DNA of 64,000 nucleotides from Haliotis rubra (Eukaryota): NCBI RefSeq assembly GCF_003918875.1, contig NW_025765324.1, positions 24,041 to 88,040 of the forward strand, read 5' to 3'. Shown piece by piece: positions 37,200 to 48,060 of this stretch (position 1 is its first letter; each line of letters starts with the position of its first letter). The notes under the pieces were generated by a model. It saw only the letters and a program-made list of their open reading frames with translations, ran no database searches and was not told where the DNA came from. The position numbers and the translations under genes were made by a program.

Positions 37200-38400
37200 T
37201 AGTCTAATTCTGACCCTCACAGCGGTAGTAGGTGTACAGTCTGACCCACACAGCATGCAGCAGTTGGTGTACAGTCTGACCCACACAGCGGTAGAAGGTG
37301 TACAGTCTGACCCACACAGCGGTAGTTGGTGTACAGTCTGACCCACACATCGGTAGTAGGTGTACAGTCTGACCCACACATCGGTAGTAGGTGTACAGTC
37401 TGACCCACACAGCGGTAGTAGGTGTACAGTCTGACCCACACAGCGGTAGCGGTGTACTGTCTAGTAGGTGTACAGTCTGACCCACACAGAGGTAGTAGGT
37501 GTAGTAGGTGTACCTGACCCACACAGCGGTAGTAGGTGTACAGTCTGACCCACACAGAGGTAGTAGGTGTACAGTCTGACCCACACAGAGGTAGTAGGTG
37601 TACAGTCTGACCACACACAGAGGTAGTAGGTGTACAGTCTGACCAACACAGAGGTAGTAGGTGTACAGTCTGACCAACACAGAGGTAGTAGGTGTACAGT
37701 CTGACCAACACAGAGGTAGTAGGTGTAGTAGTACAGTCTGACCCACACAGCGTATAGTCTGACCCACACAGCGGTAGTAGGTGTACAGTGAGACCCACAT
37801 AGAGGTAGTTGGTGTACAGTCTGACCCACACAGAGGTAGTTGGTGTACAGTCTGACCTACACAGAGGTAGTAGGTGTACAGTCTGACCCACACAGAGGTA
37901 GTAGGTGTACAGTCTGACCCATACAGTGGTAGGTGTACAGTCTGACCCACACAGCGGTAGTTGGTGTACAGTCTGACCCACACAGCGGTAGTAGGTGTAC
38001 AAGCTGACCCACACAGAGGTAGTAGGTGTACAATCTGACCCACACAGAGGTAGTAGGTGTACAGTCTGACCAACACAGCGGTAGTAGGTGTACAGTCTGA
38101 CCAACACAGTGGTAGTAGGTGTACAGTCTGACCCACACATCGGTAGTAGGTGTACAGTCTGACCAACACAGCGGTAGTAGGTGTACAGTCTGACCCACAC
38201 AGCGGTAGTAGGTGTACAGTCTGACCCACACAGCGGTAGTAGGTGTACAGTCTGACCCACACAACAGTAGTTGGTGTACAGTCTGACCCACACAGCGGTA
38301 GTAGGTGTACAGTCTGACCACCACAGCGGTAGTAGGTGTACAGTCTGACCCACACAGTGGTAGTAGGTGTACAGTCTGACCCACACAGCAGTAGTAGGTG
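37200..38400. repeat. Continuation of the 31-bp satellite, about 38 copies. It is separated from the first block by about 180 bp that contain a fragment of the SINE D-module.
   Basis: Same unit. The interruption at 37021-37199 carries aagtctagatttcctcag…ggctccttttcatt. Confidence 0.95.
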
Positions 38401-39011
38401 TACAGTTACCCATTTTGTTCTGGGGAATACACATGCAGTTGAGGGGGGTCGGCAATTTTGTACATAAAAATAATTTAAAATTATACTTACGAATTAAGGG
38501 AATGGGGGAGAGGGTGTCATTGATTTTCCACATGATATACAGGTGGGAGGGGAAGGAGTGTCACGTACTATTAGGTACATAAAATTTAGGTGGGAGTCAT
38601 TCACATTGTACATAGTTCACCATAAGAATCATCACCCCCAACCTCCACCCCGCAGCCATAAATTATGCACGGTCCCTAAAATCTAGTCTCTGAAATTAAC
38701 ATATTTTGCAGAAAAAAGGTTTTTAAATTGCGTTAATATGATACAATAATAGCCCAGACGCATTCTTCATTTTCAGAAACTGGGCTGCATTGCCATTGGG
38801 TATATTAATTTTGTTTTCAGGGTCTGATTGACAGACTAGTACAACACCTGTTATCACTGACATTGTTGTTGAGATTGTTTCATTGTTCGTAATTGATATC
38901 ACTTTCACGTGACCGCACTTGGTACGTATCAGATGAGTCGAATGAGAAGGGAGTGATAGATAATATTTAGTTGAACGAAATATTCGTCTGTCTCGGTGAG
39001 GAAAGTTGGGC

Positions 39012-39264
39012 CATGTTTCTCCTGTGGGTCGCTGTGGTCACCGCCTGTACGTGTGTCCAGTTCGTGGTCTCGCAGCCTGTGTCAGGTTGTCCTTCTTACG
39101 GCTGCACACCCACAGGGTCCTTCTCCCTTCTGACGCCATCAGGAATTCCAAGGTCAGGGTTCAAGGTCGTCTGGACAACACAGCTGTCAAATTCATCTGG
39201 GACCGGAAGTCGTCTTCTCGGCTGCGTCAGTAACGACAGACATGTCGTCTGCCCGTCACAATAG
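39012..39264 (+). CDS. Candidate small secreted Cys-rich protein (84 aa): MFLLWVAVVTACTCVQFVVSQP… with 6 Cys after the signal-like region.
   Basis: The ATG has G at -3. There is a hydrophobic signal-peptide-like N-terminus. The track ORF 38971..39264 starts at TTG upstream. It lies in a local GC-richer patch. It has no recognisable family. Confidence 0.25.
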
Positions 39265-39464
39265 TGGGTAACAAAAATTGTTTTGACTCATGTTTGAAGC
39301 ATGCAAACCTATACATGTGCGATTGTATGCGTAGCTCCGTACTAGTCACCACGTTAATCCAGGTATGGCGCCAACGTGGGCCGATTCCAATATCTTTGAA
39401 CACAGGTCTGTCCGTCTGTCCCAACTGGCCAGCAGTTCTGTTATATCACTAACACACTTGAACC

Positions 39465-40075
39465 CGTGAAGATCCTGGTTAGAATTGATCTTCAGTAACC
39501 CATGCTTGTCGTAAGAGGCGACTAACGGGATCGGGTTGTCAGGCTCGCTGACTTCGTTGACACATGTCATCTAGGGCTGGGACGGGTCCAAATTTTCTAC
39601 CCGGGTACCCCGACCCCTTATTACCCTACCTACCCGGATACCCGTTATGTTAATTCCTGACATCAAATTTGCAAGAAATGGCAAATTATTCTTAAGCTCG
39701 GGGGCTAAAATTTTGGGTTTTTCAATTATCTTAACCAAGTATTATATTCAAAAGAAGTGACTGTAAATAATGTCTAAGTCGTCAAAGACAATGCAACCTT
39801 TTAATCATGAAAGAATAACATGATATTACATTGTTTAGTCTATTAGTCACATGATCATAACGGGTCCGGGTATTGAGACGGGTACCCGGGTCCAACTCAT
39901 TACCCACCCGTCCCGGGTATCCCGTCCCATCCTTAATGTCATCGTATCCTAATTGCGTAGATCAGTGCTGTTGATCACTGGATTGTCTGGCCCAGACTCG
40001 ATCATTTACAGACCGCCGCCATATAGCTGGAGTATTGCTCAGTGCGGCGTTAAACAACCAACCAACAAACAAACA
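39465..40075 (+). mobile_element. SINE-A copy, split at 39571/39936 by insertion of a MITE.
   Basis: The SINE sequence resumes exactly after the insert: …acacatgtcatc [insert] atgtcatcgtatcc…. Confidence 0.8.
39572..39935. mobile_element. hAT-like MITE of 364 bp. TIRs are TAGGGCTGGGACGGG… and …CCCGTCCCATCCTTA. It is flanked by an 8-bp TSD ATGTCATC at 39564-39571 and 39936-39943.
   Basis: A perfect 8-bp direct duplication of the host SINE sequence and TAGGG/TAAGG termini are typical of hAT elements. Subterminal gggtacccgggt palindromes are present. Confidence 0.7.
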
Positions 40076-40714
40076 CACTCGTAGCAGTGTAAAATGATTT
40101 CGCTGAGAGTGGCCGATGGTTGTTGATGCGCCGGCCAAGGATATCCCAGACATGCTCAATGGGTGACGGTCCGTCAATTGTGGGTAACACGTGGACGTCG
40201 GGCAAGCAGGTTCCATCTGTGTAGTGCAGCTCTGTGAAGACCAGGGTTTCGTATCACAGTCGTTCTGATGAAATGGTCTTGTGCGCCTGTTTTTTTGTCG
40301 TTCTATATTATAACATGTTGTGAGCTCATGTTACAATGCCACGTCTTGTACCAATAATATCGCCCCAACATTAAATATCCCCAACTTTCTTTCGCGGTAT
40401 ATATGCGAACTGGCTTCAATATACCCTCGGATTTACATAGTGTGCACATCTGTTTCCACGTTCATAAATGTGGAAGTCAATTCTTAATTAAAGAAGTTCA
40501 AGAAAACAACTGAGGCTCGTGGAGCACGGGGGCTTAAGTTAAATTAGTACTTAGCCCAAAGCGAGCGTTGTTGAATGCTACGTCATGTAAGGGTCATGCT
40601 TCACTCATGAACCTGAGAAACACACCTATGGATGCCAGTTTTATCAAAGTGTTACACGTCTATGACATGGCTCACTGTCACTGAGTCTTTCCTCGTCTGA
40701 CTTCCGTGCTGTAT

Positions 40715-40850
40715 CCGGGGCGGTGGGGTAGCCTAGAGGTTAAAGCGTTCGCTCGTCACGCCGCAGACCCGGGTTCGACTCCCCACAAGGATACAATGGG
40801 CGAAGTCCATTTCAATATTGCTAGAATGTTGCTACACTTGTGTTATACCC
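40715..40850 (+). mobile_element. SINE-B. It has a tRNA-derived head (A-box TAGCCTAGAGGTTAAAG, B-box GGGTTCGACTCC), then …aatattgct…, followed at 40850-41040 by the D-module.
   Basis: The family recurs at 44075-44230(+), 54775-54905(+), 55935-56035(-), 58270-58440(-), 58690-58860(-), 59635-59805(-) and 22560-22640(-). Its 3' region (gctggaatattgc.aaagcggcgtaaa…actcac) is shared with SINE-A. Confidence 0.7.
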
Positions 40851-42439
40851 CAATACCTCTATAGATACTAATGCTTAGTCTCTGAATAGATACAATTTTG
40901 ATAGAAACAGTAATTCCATTCAAATTGAAATTTAACCTCAGCGCTTTGGGAGGAAATCATTTGCTTCATTTGGGGCTTTAGGATGGAAGAGAAAGTCATG
41001 CTGTTCAGGGACATGACTGTGAGACTGACTAATACTTGTCGTCCAAACTGACGAGTTGTACCAGCGCTCGAAATACCTGCCTGCCCGACCAACCGGGACG
41101 GGTAATTTTCAACACAGACTGCCAGATTCTCGAATGCACCTGCCCGACGGTTGGGTTAAAATTTAGACATGTATATGAAGTTAGTATTAGTCTTTTTCAA
41201 TATTTTAGAAGTTTTAATTTAATTCTTCTAAGTAAATTAGTATTTTTTGTGGGGCAGGCAAGTTTTGGTCAGGGCTGGCAAGTTTTACATCTAAACAGCC
41301 CTGTGGTCTGGTTTCATACCCTGGTTGTACACATGTGACGTCAATGGAAGCTGATTGTTTTGAGACCATCAGGTCACTGGTGTCGAACATTGCTTGTCTT
41401 GTATGGTTTGATTATTTCCAGACCGCCGCAGCTGACTATGGAGCAAAATCTTATTTAGATAATGATGATTTGTATGTTATAATGTAATATTGATACTGAT
41501 GTCAATTATCGCCTTTGACATTTACCCATGCTTGCTCTTATGATACAACTTGCGTGGCGATGTAGCATTGTGGGTGAAGCGTTCGCTGGTGACGCATGAG
41601 GTTCTATTCCCTATATCGGGATATGGAATGTACAGCATTGCTAGTGTCTTCCATATTTCTGAGTACAATTAAACGCGCCGTTAAGCCATATTCAGTTACT
41701 GGTGTTCTCAATGGTGCGTTCATCTGTTGTTTTAACACAGCATGTAATGAATGGATTGCTCCAGTGATGCCTTATTAAAAACAAGTATGTAGACAGTTAA
41801 ACATTAAAACAAATCGGTGGTAGTTAGGGACGTATATTTCACCACCAGTTGGATCTGTTCCCTGGTGAGGTCACAGGTCAACTTGTCAGCCTGACACCTC
41901 GGGGAAGCGCTGTTGGAGTGCTGAGTGATCAAACATGGCGGTGTTTTGGAAACTGCTCATACAGAGCTGAAGTCTGACTATAATCTAATCATCAGTGTCA
42001 CCTTTGGATGAATTGATCAAATTACCACGGTAAATCCATCTTTGGTGTTGTTTTCGTCCAAAGTGTGTGTTATGTCTCCATGGCTTATAAAAAAGGCTGG
42101 TCTTTTTTGGCTACCAAAGTTTTGTTTCATCAATAATAGACGTCAGAGTTCTGGGTTCCGATCCCCAAAACGTTCGTTGCTCTACGACATTCGTAGCCTT
42201 TGATAAACCATGGCGTTACGACAGGTCGTAACGTTCCGAACGCTTGTGGATCCTAATCCTGATCCATGAAGCTATCTTTGCGCCTCGTCATTCGTAAACG
42301 TACGATAAACCATAGAGTTACGATAGCTCTTGTAGAGTGAGTGAGTGAGTTTAGATTTACGTCGCAGCTCGTTGTAGTCTGCGTCTCAATTCTCTTTGCT
42401 GCTCAGCAGGCCCCGCGTTGCCTGGGGTTACCGTGTAGA

Positions 42440-42720
42440 GGCCCCCGGCAGCCTAAGCGAGTCGTAAGAGGTGAAGACCCGCATTAGAATTTGTCTTCAG
42501 TAACTCATGCTTGTTGTAAGAGGCGACTTTCGGGATTGGATTGGATAATCAGGCTTACTGCCTCGGTTCACACATGTCATCGTATCCCAATTCAATTGCG
42601 TAGATCAATGCTCATGAATACTGTTGATCACTGGATTGTCTGGTCCAGACTCGTTTATTTACAGACTGCCGCCATATAGCTGGAACATTGCAAAGTGCGG
42701 CGTTAAACAACAAACAAACA
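42440..42720 (+). mobile_element. SINE-A copy. A further fragment is at 42826-42930, and a short inverted fragment is at 42340-42372.
   Basis: Consensus match. Confidence 0.7.
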
Positions 42721-43001
42721 CTGAACAAACGTAAGAGGCACCATAATTGTTAGGGTGGACACGCACGATGACTTATGGTTGATTGTGTTGTCCTACCTTC
42801 ACGGCGGAGACCGTTGTTCGCAATGGCAGTCACTGGATTGTCTGGTCCAGACTCACGTTTAACAGATAACCATCATACAGCAGGAATATTCCTGAACGTG
42901 GTGTTAGACTACAAACAACGTTAAGAATGGGTTGTTTGTTCCGTCGTTAAAGTGTTCCGTCGTTAAAGGTTCTAAACCGAGCATAATTCTATTTCCACTC
43001 T

Positions 43002-43262
43002 GTGTCTTGCAGTGGGTACGTGGGAATTGACGCAGACACCGGGAGGGTGTTGTGGAAGGACTCCAGCTTGATCAACCCCTCTCTTCCTATAATGGACATC
43101 AGTGGTGACATCATCGGCAGCGACGGCAGATACCTCACGAAGGTGGACGGTAATGGCAATGTGGAGAAGCCCGTTATTCCACTGGATCCTCTAATGACAC
43201 CAGTCTACAGGTATTGGAGTGAGCTTGGCTACCGGCCTCTAACCGAGGAAAGATTTGTTTAG
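43002..43262 (+). other. Exon-like terminal ORF preceded by the acceptor tctgtgtcttgcag. It encodes SGYVGIDADTGRVLWKDSS…ISGDIIGSDGRYLTKVDGNG…*.
   Basis: The motifs (GxDADTGRVLW, GSDGRYL) resemble beta-propeller/PQQ-like repeat blades. Another exon-like segment, 44290-44392(+), encodes ILFIVSQTGELVAYLA with the donor caa|gtgagt. No complete gene model could be assembled. Confidence 0.25.
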
Positions 43263-44074
43263 CACTTTCAGATTAGGACAATATTCGGTCTCAGGCACAC
43301 TTCAAATCTCGATATAAAATCTCAAATTTGAATATATCTTAAGTTCATAAAATAGTACCTTATAATACCATAGACGCTCAGTCACTTGGAACGGCATTGG
43401 TTCCACCCACAATCAGACAGACCAACAGTTGCTCTATGGCTTACTGAACTCTGGGCTACGTGTCCCCAAACCACAGTACCAACTAGCCCCTTAGTGACGT
43501 TCAGAATTCATGGTTTTCGGGTGTATTATTGTACGATTTCCCAAGATGACTTATACGTACAAAAATAATTCGCAGACAGCTAGTTGATAATGTATTTACA
43601 ATAATTAGCAATGTAATAATTACCACGGTATAGTTCATGACATTTCATGCTATGTTTTTCAGGATATGCTTTTGTCTAATCGGGTGATGAGGCTCTGCTA
43701 TTGCATACATGATGAATCAGTGGCATGCATAGTAACTCATGTGAATTACTTAGGATGTTAATCTACGTTAACTGACGCGAAGTACTGGCATAGCTTTCCT
43801 GACTGCCGTCGCCGCAGCGTTCTGTAGTTGTGTTGTGTCCCTTACGCGTGCTTGGAATCAGTGCATCCGGATAAACAAGTGGGTTATTGTTTCTGATGGT
43901 GATCCCACCTGTTAAAAATTTAGACTTGCTTAATTTACAGATGCAGAATTACAATAAAGACTGGACATGGAAAGGGAAGCGAAACTAATATGGTTCAGTG
44001 ACTGTAAGACAGACTAGAGTTTCACGCATTGGATTGACATACCTTCGGGCTCCCCTTTCTTCCTCCCACCGTCC

Positions 44075-44230
44075 GTGGCGATGGGGTAGGCTTGTGGTTT
44101 AAGAGTTCGCTGGTCTCGCCGAAGACCCGGGCTCGATTCTCCACATAGGTACATTGTGTGAAGCCCCTGCTGCTTGTGCTATTGCTGGAATATTGCTAAA
44201 AGCGGCGTAAAAACATATTCACCCTTCCTC
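44075..44230 (+). mobile_element. SINE-B copy.
   Basis: It has the tRNA-like head gggtaggcttgtggtttaagagttcgctggtctcgccgaagacccgggctcgattctcc and the shared tail gctggaatattgctaaaagcggcgtaaaaac. Confidence 0.7.
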
Positions 44231-44699
44231 CTCACCGCCTTATTCAGGTGTGATTTAGATGAAACACCATTCAACAGGCGCCAAACCCAATCCACTCACT
44301 ACCCCTGTTGCTCTGTTCCAGCATTGTGTTCGGAGAAGGGAACATCTTGTTCATTGTGTCTCAGACGGGGGAGCTGGTCGCCTACCTTGCAAGTGAGTTA
44401 ACCTGCTGTCGATCTCTACGACCGACAAGTTTACACTATGTATAAGTTTGTTCATGTAGTTTGTACAATATTGTCACTGTTTCTACATCGAACAAATGGT
44501 AACATTGCTGCATATCCTATAAAGAATTATGTTAAAAAACATTTTGTAAAGATATTTATTAAATCGCATAAATCCACGTGGGTTTACATTCTATAATCAT
44601 CGACATCGCGTTTATGAAAGCGAGCATGTGACTTAACTTATATGTGAGTATGTATAATCCTGCACAGTGGATTATGTGGTTATTCCATTTCAACCCCTG

Positions 44700-44900
44700 A
44701 GATACGTTCTTATAATCAGTCAGTGCTAAGGTTAGTCTCTGAATATATATAATTTTAATAGTAACAAATAATCACATTTAAATTAACAAAAGAAGCCCCA
44801 GTGAGATTGGAGATTCATAAACCGAGGAAATGTAGACTTGCTTCATTTAGGGCTTTAGCATTGCAGGGAGGGGTAGTCAGTAGGAAAATAATGTTTTCAG
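44700..44900 (+). mobile_element. SINE D-module (ctaaggttagtctctgaatatatat…ttaaatt.a.aaaag.gccccagtgagat…tagacttgcttcatttagggctttagcattgcaggg).
   Basis: It recurs at 28880-29070(-), 31965-32080, 40850-41040(+), 46170-46310(-), 54925-55110(+), 55150-55300(+) and 63855-64000(+). A fragment is at 37040-37125. It is often directly 3' of a SINE-B head, so it is likely part of a longer composite SINE. Confidence 0.65.
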
Positions 44901-45098
44901 TGACTGTGCGACAGTAGTGGTCAAACTGCATTGTTCGCTCGTCACGTAGAAGGCCCGGGTCCGATTTCAGTTCATGGGTACCATTTGTTGATGTAATTCA
45001 TCTTTTCCCCAGCCGTACTATCAGCGTAAACGCTCACTCACTCTATCTATCTATATGTAATATATTGAGGGGTCCCGTTAACACGTCTTCGCTGGCAT

Positions 45099-45369
45099 AG
45101 GGGCGTGTCTCGCTTAGAAACAGCGTTGGAAAGACATATAGGCGTATAGACCCAACACTGTTACTATCCTCGATGCTCATGCTGTTGATCACTGGATTGT
45201 CTGGTCCAGACTCGATGATTTACAGACCGCCGCAAATCAGCTGGAATATTGAGTGCGGCGTAAAACTAAACGCACTCACTCACTAGTATTATCCTTTTAT
45301 TTAGTAATAGGGTTCGGTCTATACACCTATAAGTCTTTCTAACGCTGTTTCTAAGCTAGACACGCCCCT
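45099..45369. mobile_element. Composite element. 54-bp imperfect inverted repeats (45099-45152 and 45316-45369) flank a truncated SINE-A (45170-45290).
   Basis: aggggcgtgtctcgcttagaaacagcgttggaaagacatataggcgtatagacc matches the reverse complement of the right arm with about 5 mismatches. Confidence 0.7.
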
Positions 45370-46819
45370 ATGATCGCGGGATCAGTGTTGCGAATTACTG
45401 TAATCTCAGTATTTTCTATCATTCTGACCGACATTAATCATCTAATATGAGATACATTTTTATTATACTGTTTTCAAATCTGAAAAATAGAAAGGAACCC
45501 AGAGAAATTCTTACATCTCAGACAGAGACTGAAAAGTAGACGTTCGCGAACCTTTTAGACAATCATACAGACCCCGAACTGTGTTCTGAATGTTGAACGA
45601 ATGAGACAGTTTGAAGCCGTGTGTGTATTTGCAGTATATCCATCACGTTGTTGTCCCCCGTCACCGCGAGGTGTTGTAAATCCACCACCCAACACTCGGA
45701 ATCTAAATGACTGATTATCAAGATAAACATCGCCATTCCAGGGCCTGACATCTACGACCATTTCCTGACCTCAACGAAAACCCTCTTCTCCCGCCTCCCC
45801 TCGCTGCTCCCCTCCCGACCTGCCACAACCAACCCATGCAGATTATATTTTACGAAGTAGCCCGTGAACATCACCCCCAGCCCCATCCCGTATCTCTCCT
45901 CGCTTGTAAAGTTGTTGTCACCGAATGTAATGTGAACTGCCTGATTATGTTACTTGATATCCTCATCAGAGCTTTGCCTTGTCACATCGTCCATCAGGCC
46001 GACTAGCTGGCCCCTAACAAAACATGATAATCTGCCTGCAATCAGTTAGATGTTTTGGTGTGTGGTTTATTTGAATGAATCCTACCTATTGGAAAAAACC
46101 TTCAAGGTTTTGGTAGAGGATCTAGTTTGAAAGAACACTATAGTCTGTTTAACAGTCCCCTGAAATACTTTATTTCCCCTACTGCCTAGCCCTCCCTGTT
46201 ATGTTCAAGCCCTAAATATAAAGCAAGTCTAAATCTCCCCCACCCCACCCCCACCCCCCAGGTTCACTGGGGCTCCTTTTCAATTTGTTGCTGGGTTTAC
46301 TATAAAATTAATATATTCAGAGACTAAGCGTTAATCTGAAAACACGCACACACGGATTTATCTATCTTTCTACTTGCATTGTTTCAAGGTTCTTTTTCAT
46401 AATGGCATTACCAATGGGATATACTTCACCGGAGGGACAGGACTATTTTGGTTAAGTTGTTTACGGACGCTGACACAATCTGTATGAAATCAACAGCGCA
46501 AGAACAAGAACAGGTATTCGTACTGGGCTGGACCTTTTGTACGTGATATGTATATACAGTTAAACACTGGTGTGTCGAACTCCTAACTTACACTTGACTT
46601 GAAGTTATAGCCCTGTCCTTCTTTAGTCGCCATTATGCGGTTATGTCGAGCCTTTGATAACTCGAAATATTTGTGAAGGTCCCGTCGACTTTGACACAAC
46701 GGTATTTGACTGTAAAGGAAATTACAAAACCTGTCAACATGACAACATGTTATTTTTGTATTTTTGTTGTATTTTCACACAGATTTTGCAAGTGTTGGAA
46801 CTCACGTAACATATAGAAC

Positions 46820-46830
<11 letters not shown>

Positions 46831-46854
<24 letters not shown>

Positions 46855-46862
46855 GGCCATTT
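46831..46862. repeat. (AAT)n microsatellite.
   Basis: Visible. Confidence 0.95.
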
Positions 46863-48060
46863 ATATAGCGCCTTTCCACGTCACAGGGATATGCTCAAAG
46901 TGCTTCTTAAGCTAAAACATGCTAAAATGTTTTCCGAATTTTGCCAGACGGGATCCCCTTGGCGTCCCTGGTGCTACGGGGAAACGTGGAGAGGTATAAC
47001 GGGACTTTTCACCCCATCGCCCAGCCCATTATGAAAGGTAGCCGCGCTTACATCCTCACTCAGTTCCAGCCCGACCCCCAAGACGCCACCATACCCCAAG
47101 AAAAGGTAGGGAGGCACTTTTGTCACTTGTTCGCATGCTGTTTAACGCCACACACAACTATGTTCCAGCAGCAAAATGGCGCCAGACTGTGTGGTCTCTA
47201 GAACTGCCCCCAGACTGTATAGCCTCTACTACATAATAAGTCAATGTAATTCTATCCTTATATATAATAGGAACGTCTAGATAAGCCGAAAGTACACATG
47301 ATAACTTTTTCTTGTTATTTATATAATTATTTATATAATCATTTATATAATGAATTACAATTTCAACAAATAACTATTGATTAGAAACTTGTTTAAGGCT
47401 TAGTGATCTGTAAAACACGAGACAGGACCAGGCAATCAATGATATATTTTGAGCATCCAACCACATTACAGAGACACAATCAACCAATCGCTGAGTAGGA
47501 TCTCCCAGTCCGGTCAGTCGGATGATGGGGATCTAGTGGTCTCCGCGTGTGGGATAGTGTATCAAGACACTTTGACCTTACGATACATTTCATGAAGACT
47601 AAAATGTTTTAGAATGTTTAAGACGATGAATGTTTTGAACGTAGGCAATTTATCTGCATCACCGAATGATAGTATAAAATTTAAATGATTTAATCTATCA
47701 CAGTCAAGTTGTTTGTATTTACACTTTAGCAAAACGATATTGGAAATTGCACTTCCCAAACCCAGCTCCATTCAAGCCTTGAACTAGCCTCTGTTATCCA
47801 ACATATGATAGCTACATGATGTATGTCTCATGATACTTTCGTCATATGAGCGAAATATTCTCAAGCACGACGTTAAACCCAATTTCACCTCACCTCACCT
47901 CATGATACTGATAATCGGGAATACCAATTTACAGAATCCGGGATAAAGTTATGTACATTGTAAAAGATGCATTCAAGTAAAAAACACCTGTATCCCAAGC
48001 GCATAGCCTAATGGTATAAAATACACTAAGGTTAGGGCTGGGGTAAGGGAAACAAATACA

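Noticed and set aside
34440-38400. A CRISPR-like regular repeat array was considered for the 31-bp, 30-bp, 42-bp and 15-bp repeat blocks.
   Set aside because: The repeats abut each other with no unique spacers. The context is eukaryotic (introns, SINEs, nanos, PCED1). These are satellites and minisatellites.
34370-38533. Very long minus-strand ORFs (686, 438, 383, 340 aa and others) rich in C/V/G/Q/T/W.
   Set aside because: They lie entirely within the 31-bp satellite. Open frames exist only because the repeat lacks stops. Frames drift because 31 is not a multiple of 3. There is no start context, and many overlapping frames are open at once.
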